A stretch of DNA of 63,842 nucleotides, filler included, from Thermoplasmatota archaeon (lineage in GTDB: Archaea; Thermoplasmatota; E2; JACPAO01; JAHFTW01), in assembly GCA_041623215.1 (NCBI GenBank). It is 3 parts of 3 records of this genome, joined end to end, with 100 filler letters (N's around TTAATTAATTAA, not from the genome) between each part and the next. Parts side by side here need not be neighbours in the genome. Positions count along the whole stretch, not along the records: positions 51,378 to 63,842 come from JBFJXH010000048.1; 2 more parts are not named here. The stretch is one strand, 5' to 3'. The position numbers and the translations under genes were made by a program. Each line of letters opens with the position of its first letter. The first letter of the stretch is position 1. Under the pieces are notes generated by a model. It was given only the letters and a program-made list of their open reading frames with translations. It made no database searches and had not been told where the DNA came from. This document shows, in pieces, positions 57,559 to 63,842 of the stretch.

Positions 57559-58851
57559 CTAAACGATGCGATGTTGGAGCCGCGGCTTGTGGTCCACCAC
57601 ACCGCGAATGATTTCGTCTTCGCCCAACACCCGACGCGTCGAGTCAATGGGGCAACTCATCTGAATCTCACGCGTCCGTCCATAGCGCCCCTTGCTGATG
57701 ACGCGTGCCGTGAAGATGCCCAACATGTCGAGTTCACTAATCAAATCGGTAATGCGGCGCTGCGTCAAGATGTCGCTGCCAGTGCTCTTGCAGAGGTCCT
57801 GGTAGATGCCGAACACCTCCCCCGTGGTCAGGCTCTTGATGCCATGATCGCGATTGTTTTCCTCGCCGAGAATCGTGGCCAGCAGTACTAGCTTGGATTG
57901 CGTGGGCAGCGTTCGCACAACCTCGGAGATGCGGTCCAACTCAATCTTGTTCTGTGCCAACCGCACGTGCTTCTCCTGGACGACGTCGTCCCGTTCGCGC
58001 TCCGCCAACTCGGCCGCCACGCGAAGCAAGTCCAGCGCTCGACGTGCGTCACCGTGTTCGCGCGCAGCAAGCGCCGCACACAATGGGATGACCGCAGGGT
58101 CCAAGGAGTCCTCTTTGAGGGCCATGCCGGCCCGTTGGCTGAGAATATCCTGCAATTGTTCCGCATCATAGGGCGCGAAAATCATGGACTCCTCGCCCAA
58201 GCTGCTCTTGACCCGAGGGTCAAGGAATTCTGTGAACTTCAGGTCGTTGCTGATGCCGATGACGCTGACCTTGTTCTTGTCCAGATTGCTGTTGATGCGG
58301 GTCAGGGTGTAGAGGACTTCGTCGCCCTTGAGCTTGTCCACCTCGTCAAGCACGATGATTGTGACCTCGCCGCCCTTGCGGCTTGCATCAGGCGCCCACT
58401 TGTGGTCGGCGGCCTTCGTATCGCCGTCCACGTAGTGACACAAGGCGTCGTACACCTCGTCCGTGGGCCACCCGGTGAACGGGATGCGGTGGTTCCAGTT
58501 GTCCGCCGTGATGAACCAATTGGCGATGTTTTGCAGAACCCTGTACTGCGTGTCCACCACTTCGCAATTGATGTAGATGATATTCACCCGCTTGCCGAGC
58601 TCTTGCCCCTTCTTCGTGAGCTCGTTGCCGACATAGCGGACGCTGGCGGTCTTTCCGGTGCCGGTCTTCCCGTAGATGAAGACGTTACTGGGTGTGTCGC
58701 CACGAAGCGCCGGCACCAAGATGCTCCCCAGGGAGTGAATCTCCGTGTTGCGGTGAGGCAGTTCCTCAGGCGTGTAGCTAGACCGCATGACTTCCTTATT
58801 CTGGAAGATCGGCTGCACTTCGAGTAATTCACCGAAAAGATCCTTCACCAA
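57559..58851 (-). CDS. cdc6: Orc1/Cdc6 replication initiator
   Basis: YGKTGTGKT, LDEVD, GDARRALDLLR and wH tail SKGRYGRT; GGAGG SD before TTG 58851. Confidence 0.97.
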   Translation of the reverse strand: MVKDLFGELLEVQPIFQNKEVMRSSYTPEELPHRNTEIHSLGSILVPALRGDTPSNVFIYGKTGTGKTASVRYVGNELTKKGQELGKRVNIIYINCEVVDTQYRVLQNIANWFITADNWNHRIPFTGWPTDEVYDALCHYVDGDTKAADHKWAPDASRKGGEVTIIVLDEVDKLKGDEVLYTLTRINSNLDKNKVSVIGISNDLKFTEFLDPRVKSSLGEESMIFAPYDAEQLQDILSQRAGMALKEDSLDPAVIPLCAALAAREHGDARRALDLLRVAAELAERERDDVVQEKHVRLAQNKIELDRISEVVRTLPTQSKLVLLATILGEENNRDHGIKSLTTGEVFGIYQDLCKSTGSDILTQRRITDLISELDMLGIFTARVISKGRYGRTREIQMSCPIDSTRRVLGEDEIIRGVVDHKPRLQHRIV

Positions 58852-58882
58852 TTTGTTTCCTCCACATGATTTGATTGTCCTG

Positions 58883-59059
58883 GTTTCCACTAGAAGTGGA
58901 GCCACTTCGGTGCGTCCGACCACCGCCTTCCAACCCCGGATCCCTCCCACAGGGTCCACGGGTCGTATGGGTCCTTGCTGAAGCGGGAGTCCGACCAATC
59001 AAGGGTGTATGATAACCGTTTCCGGAATGGGCATTGCACCCCTTGATTTCCGATGGAAC
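58883..59059 (-). promoter_or_regulatory. ORB-like elements upstream of cdc6 (candidate oriC or autoregulatory sites)
   Basis: GTTCCATCGGAAATCAAGGGGTG (59059-59037) and TTCTAGTGGAAAC (58895-58883). Confidence 0.65.
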
Positions 59060-59091
59060 GGGGCGTGCCTTATGCCACCCACGGATGGGTT

Positions 59092-61296
59092 TCAGGTCCG
59101 GTCTTCCGCAGGAACACCTTCTCGCACCTTGACGGCCATGCCATTCTCCCAGTCAGCCGCCTCTTCCGCCATGAGTTTCAACTGACCAATCGCAATCAAA
59201 TGGTCATCCTCGTCCACGACCAAGCACTCGTCACCCGGACGCAGAGCTTCATCCATGCCCAGCACAAATTGAGCAAACACGGACTTTCCGTCCCGGTTGA
59301 AGGGCACCGAATCGGCGTGCACCACGACCCGGTTGGCCGGCGCTGGCAGCGCTGCGTGCAGAAGACGCGCCCCCGCCTGCTTGAGCGTCCAAAGGCCATC
59401 TCCGGCCCGGAGGCTCAGGATGTGGTCGGCCCCCAAGTGGACGGTGCGGATTTTCCTTGTTTTGCGGCTGCGCTCAACGCGGAAATCCCCGGCCGGCTCG
59501 AGGCCGGCACCCGCAAGGCCCGCAAGCAGCGTGGATCCAGCGGGCGTCGCCCCAGCACCGGCCCGTTCGGCGTGCGACTCGGCCAGCAGGGCAGGACGCA
59601 CCGCGTCGGGCTCGGCGGCACCCGTAAGCACCAGCCCGGCGCCGCGGCCAAACTGCCAATCGGCCGTGCGTAAGATTTGGAGCATGTCCAGATTGGCCTT
59701 GTTTGCTCCAAGGCCGGGGCCTGGCAAGGCCGGGACAAAGCCGTGCGCTTCGAGGAAGGCGTCCTTCGTTTGGCCCACCCACCCCATGTGCTCCATCCCC
59801 AGGCCCTCGAGGCGAGGCTGGACCGATTGGGCAAATGGATACGCTTCATCCAAGCCCAGCGGCACCACGCCCCATGCATTCGTGATGGCATGGTCTTGTT
59901 CGCCATCCACCGGCCCAATGGCGGCGCCGAACGGGCCACCGCCGCTCGGCTCCTTGTGCAGGCCCAGTTCGGGTCGTTCCTCGCCATCTTCGCACCAGGC
60001 ATTTCCTTGCTGTTCGAGGGGAATCGCAGTGGGCGTGAAGCGGTGAACCAGCCGTGCCCGGACCCGCGCGAACATGGGGCGCCGATGCGTCAAGTGCCCC
60101 GTATATCGAATGGCTTTGTCGCCGCTAATGGGTTCGCGTGCTTCCAACCACGATTGCCATTTGGCATCCCCGAGGACGCGGGTGGCGGCGGCCAGGTGGG
60201 GATGACACGCAGCGCGTTGTTCAACCAGCTCCCACAAGGTCCCTTCACGAATCGCCTGCCGGACGCGCCGCAGGTCGGTAAACATGACATCCAGGTTATG
60301 CAAGGCCAGCGCCCGCTCAGCTTCGCGGCGTGGGTCACTGGCCGCGTCACTCGGGCCGGCATCCCCACCGCGCGTCTCCTGCGGGGTCCGTCGGCGCTTG
60401 GTGGCTAGGGCTTGGACCAATTCCTTAGGCGTCCATTTGTCAACGAAGCGCGAAGCAAACGGCCACTCCACCAGTTGATTAACGTGGAGCGTCCCGGAGT
60501 CGGTCATCACGCGCCCATCAGCAGCATACTTGGCGTAACTGGAAGAGTCGTACAGGTCACAGCCCAAGGCCGTGGCCAAGGGAAACACGAGTGGGTGCCC
60601 GGCCCCAAAGAGGTGGACGGGCCGGTCCTTTCGCAAGGTTTGCTGGCTGTGCAGAATGGAGCGAACGAGGTCTGGGTAGCGTTGCTGCTCCATCAGAGGG
60701 ACCACGCCACCAATGGTATGATAGCCGGTGGGAAGGTCACGATACGTTTCTGCACACCGTTCCCGCAAGTCAAAGTGCGTACCTCCCTGCACCGTCGTGT
60801 TGAGCACCGTGTTGCTTGGGCCACGACTTTCGGCCAGCACATCGCAAGCAATCTTGGTCCGCTCCAGTGTCGTTGTCACGGCCTCGTCCGCTTGCTGCCG
60901 CGTCATGTCAGGTGTGACGAAGATGTCGAGGCACGTCGCGACGTCAACGCCCATGTCGCGTTGGAACGCCACGATGTCGGCCGGACCCACTTCTACATCA
61001 CCGTAAACGTACATCTGGAATGTGCCCGAATCGGTCATGACAGGGCCATCCCAATTGAGAACGGAGTGGACACCTTCCTGAAGCGCCTTGGTTCGCAGGT
61101 GCTCGTGCTTGTGGATGACGTAGGAATTGGTGATGACCATCTCACAGCCAAACAGGTCGCGCATCTCGCTGGCGGAAACCAGGTCAATGTTGGGATTGAT
61201 AACGGGCAACAGCGTTGGCGTCGTCACATCCCCGTGTTGGGTGGAGAAGCGACCGATGCGTCCGGCGGCGGCGCGGTCAACCAATTGGAAGGTCAC
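59092..61296 (-). CDS. tgtA: tRNA-guanine(15) transglycosylase (archaeosine) with PUA domain
   Basis: TPTLLPVINP, MTDSGTFQ, HLFGAGHP and DSSSYA motifs; PUA GKSVFAQFV; TTTAAT upstream of GTG 61296. Confidence 0.95.
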   Translation of the reverse strand: MTFQLVDRAAAGRIGRFSTQHGDVTTPTLLPVINPNIDLVSASEMRDLFGCEMVITNSYVIHKHEHLRTKALQEGVHSVLNWDGPVMTDSGTFQMYVYGDVEVGPADIVAFQRDMGVDVATCLDIFVTPDMTRQQADEAVTTTLERTKIACDVLAESRGPSNTVLNTTVQGGTHFDLRERCAETYRDLPTGYHTIGGVVPLMEQQRYPDLVRSILHSQQTLRKDRPVHLFGAGHPLVFPLATALGCDLYDSSSYAKYAADGRVMTDSGTLHVNQLVEWPFASRFVDKWTPKELVQALATKRRRTPQETRGGDAGPSDAASDPRREAERALALHNLDVMFTDLRRVRQAIREGTLWELVEQRAACHPHLAAATRVLGDAKWQSWLEAREPISGDKAIRYTGHLTHRRPMFARVRARLVHRFTPTAIPLEQQGNAWCEDGEERPELGLHKEPSGGGPFGAAIGPVDGEQDHAITNAWGVVPLGLDEAYPFAQSVQPRLEGLGMEHMGWVGQTKDAFLEAHGFVPALPGPGLGANKANLDMLQILRTADWQFGRGAGLVLTGAAEPDAVRPALLAESHAERAGAGATPAGSTLLAGLAGAGLEPAGDFRVERSRKTRKIRTVHLGADHILSLRAGDGLWTLKQAGARLLHAALPAPANRVVVHADSVPFNRDGKSVFAQFVLGMDEALRPGDECLVVDEDDHLIAIGQLKLMAEEAADWENGMAVKVREGVPAEDRT

Positions 61297-61428
61297 GATG
61301 CGGCGACGGATGCCCCTCATTAAACCGGCCGGCCCGGGCCCTCCGCGTCAGTCACGCACATGGCAAGTGTCGAGCAACCTCTGGCGCCGATGGTGCGGGT
61401 TAAGTGGCAGGCTCAGGCTGCATCCGCC

Positions 61429-63369
61429 ATGGTTAGGACCTTTCGCGCCATGCTTGCCGCAGCGGCGCTTCTGATTGTGCCTTTGGCAGTCGCCGAGGGC
61501 GGCCACCACGGCAGCGACTGCGACTTGTACGGCGCCCCGCATCTGCACGCGGTGGATGACGGCCACACGCATTGGCACCACATGGGCCCCGATGTGGTTG
61601 GCCATTTCCATGGCGCTACGTGGTACGACGCCGGCCACACGCACACCGACCATCATAGCCCCTGCATGCAGACAGGCATGGCCGTGCCCGCCTACGGCGA
61701 TGCTCCGGCCCTGCGCGAGGTCAGTTGGAACGACGCCTTGACCGGAACCGGCCCCGCCGGAACCGTGCGCGTCTTGCTACCAAGCGGCGAAGCCTACGAA
61801 TTAAATGCGGCTGCCCTCGAAGAGCGGCACCGCATCGCCGTTCGCGGCGACGGCGACCGAGACTTGAGCCGGTTCCCCGGCACGGGCACTCCCGATGACC
61901 CCTTCGTTGTCAGCGGGCTGTTGGTGCGCGACGAACTGGACCTCAAGAACACCGACGCTTGCATGGTTGTCCGCGACAACGTGTTCCACCCCGAGGCGTT
62001 GGTTGGCCCGTTCGGCCGCCAGCCACGAGCGGCCGAGAAGGCGTACGAATCCGCGCTCGAGGACCTGCGGGCCGCGAACCAGGCAATTGTCGATGCGGGC
62101 GGGCGGACCGAGGGCCAACTGGAGCTCGACTGGAACGGACAATGTGTGCACACCTATCACAACGTGATTCACGACCTGCGGGTCAACCAAAACAACCGGC
62201 GACTGGGCTACGCCACGGGCGGGGTTTTGGAAGACAACCGCATCGAGCGCGTGGGCCAACTGCGGCACTACGACGGCATTTTCCGCCACAATGAAATCGG
62301 CGACCGGTCGGAATTGGCGCGCTATGCGGACGGCGCCCCCGACAAGACGGGGAGTCTACGCGTCACGAACGTGGACGGCTTCAACCAGGGCCAAATCATC
62401 GAGAACACCTTCTACGGCGGCGTAGACCTAGACTTCCACGGCCACCATCACTCCAATGGCTTCCTAGCACCCCACAGCCATTACCATGGGAACCTTGAGG
62501 CGCGCAAATATGTCACCGACCACGACGGCAATTTTGTCCTCGATGCCAATGGTGACAAGATTCCCTTGCACGACCACACGCTTCGTTGGACCAGTGTGCT
62601 GTTTGCAGACAACCTCGTCATCGACCCCCTGGGCTACGGCCTTCGCTACGAAGACCGCAACCACCAAGGCGACGACCGAACCGCCAACTCGGAGAACATG
62701 CAGGAACTGAACGCACCGCACATCCACCAGGCCCACATCCAAATTACCGGCAATACCATCCTTGGGACCCTATGGATTGATCAATTCATGAGCCAAGGAA
62801 TTGCCCTCGACCCCGCCGACTACTCGAAGGCCGATGGCACCGAGGCCGAGACGGTGAACAGCCACATTGACGACGCGAGTCACGGCTGGCTCGACATTAC
62901 CGAGAATACAGTTCTTCTGCCTGAGCGCGCGCGCGGCACCAGCCCCCGCGGTGGCCTGCAGGGGCACAACGCCTTCGAATTGGAGGATGCTCGACTGGCT
63001 ACGCTTGCCTTGACTGGCAATCACGCCTTGTTGGTGCAAGAGGACGCCAGCCTACCAAGCGCGGACCGACTCCTGGGCTTCCTCCGGAGTACCCACGACG
63101 AGTCACGGGCGTGGACAACGGACCAGGTGGCGAAGTGGCACCGCAAAGCAGGCGAGCCAACCCATCATCAGAACGCGTACTGGTTCGAGGACTTCAGCCA
63201 CCTAGCCGCCACCCTTTGCAACAACGTAGCCGGTGCCGGTTTTGCCGACGCCATTGACGGTAACAAGATTCACGACTCGGGCACCAACGAAGGCGTCTCT
63301 TTCACGTACTGCAACGATAACGACTGGGGCAACGGCGCAATCAACATTGACGAGCCGTTGCGACCCTAG
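61429..63369 (+). CDS. Exported His-rich right-handed beta-helix protein (paralog B)
   Basis: Signal peptide; His-rich N-terminus; long motif identity with 29611..31185. Confidence 0.85.
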   Translation: MVRTFRAMLAAAALLIVPLAVAEGGHHGSDCDLYGAPHLHAVDDGHTHWHHMGPDVVGHFHGATWYDAGHTHTDHHSPCMQTGMAVPAYGDAPALREVSWNDALTGTGPAGTVRVLLPSGEAYELNAAALEERHRIAVRGDGDRDLSRFPGTGTPDDPFVVSGLLVRDELDLKNTDACMVVRDNVFHPEALVGPFGRQPRAAEKAYESALEDLRAANQAIVDAGGRTEGQLELDWNGQCVHTYHNVIHDLRVNQNNRRLGYATGGVLEDNRIERVGQLRHYDGIFRHNEIGDRSELARYADGAPDKTGSLRVTNVDGFNQGQIIENTFYGGVDLDFHGHHHSNGFLAPHSHYHGNLEARKYVTDHDGNFVLDANGDKIPLHDHTLRWTSVLFADNLVIDPLGYGLRYEDRNHQGDDRTANSENMQELNAPHIHQAHIQITGNTILGTLWIDQFMSQGIALDPADYSKADGTEAETVNSHIDDASHGWLDITENTVLLPERARGTSPRGGLQGHNAFELEDARLATLALTGNHALLVQEDASLPSADRLLGFLRSTHDESRAWTTDQVAKWHRKAGEPTHHQNAYWFEDFSHLAATLCNNVAGAGFADAIDGNKIHDSGTNEGVSFTYCNDNDWGNGAINIDEPLRP

Positions 63370-63448
63370 TCGTGCACGCGCCGAAATAAAGAGGCCCGTC
63401 GCCCAAGCGCTAATAATGGCGGCCAAGTCGGCGAGCCCGGAAGGCCCC

Positions 63449-63842
63449 ATGGAGACCGATGTCCTCCCCGCCGCACCCCGCCCCACAGCGCCGCCACTCG
63501 AGCACCAGTGGAGCGAAGAACAGGTGGAACGAGAGGCCAAGCGCCTGGAGGATGCGATTGGCCAACCTGAGCGCTGGGGGAAGGAGATGTGCCGGTACAT
63601 CGCCCCCATGACGCTTGAAATCAACCGCCTCAAAAAACGGCGAAACGCCGTCATCCTCGCCCATTCGTACCAGACGCCGGACATCGTGTACGGCGTTGCC
63701 GACCATGTGGGCGACTCGTATGGCTTGTCCGTGGAAGCGCAAAAGACGGACGCCGACGTGATCGTGTTTTCCTCCGTTCGTTTCATGGCCGAGACGGCCA
63801 AACTTCTCAATCCCGACAAGACGGTGCTCATTCCGGAGCCCA
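63449..63842 (+). CDS. nadA: Quinolinate synthase, partial (runs off the window)
   Basis: Manual translation: [25 protein letters not shown]...[20 protein letters not shown]. Confidence 0.92.
   Translation, partial: METDVLPAAPRPTAPPLEHQWSEEQVEREAKRLEDAIGQPERWGKEMCRYIAPMTLEINRLKKRRNAVILAHSYQTPDIVYGVADHVGDSYGLSVEAQKTDADVIVFSSVRFMAETAKLLNPDKTVLIPEP

Noticed and set aside
58852..58998. N-terminal extension of Cdc6 in the ORF track
   Set aside because: The SD and the start of homology point to 58851/58848; the extension overlaps ORB-like DNA

Overview
GC-rich archaeal DNA, most consistent with Thermoplasmatota. The archaeal markers are TFB, Cdc6/Orc1, archaeosine TGT, Trm1, THEP1 NTPase, PGF-CTERM proteins, TATA boxes and a tRNA-Gly without encoded CCA. 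The window is three assembly pieces joined by artificial N/TTAATTAATTAA linkers (26603-26702, 51278-51377), so adjacency across the linkers is unproven. Piece 1 holds an 11-subunit complex I-like operon (nuoABCDHI-J1J2-KLMN) flanked by a MidA/NDUFAF7 methyltransferase and a NifU/Nfu carrier, three paralogous Cys-patterned secreted orphan proteins, tRNA-Gly, a bacterial-type TopA, and a divergent HTH-FHA regulator plus membrane Ser/Thr kinase. Piece 2 holds RNA-modification genes, a His-rich beta-helix protein, a membrane-tethered wHTH regulator facing an 18-bp direct repeat, tfb followed by a ~285-nt structured non-coding segment, and two acidic repeat-built PGF-CTERM surface proteins (S-layer candidates). 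Piece 3 holds uvrA, ribA, signal peptidase I, cdc6 with ORB-like boxes (candidate oriC), tgtA, a second His-rich beta-helix paralog and a partial nadA. All calls come from motif recognition by eye; no database searches were run.
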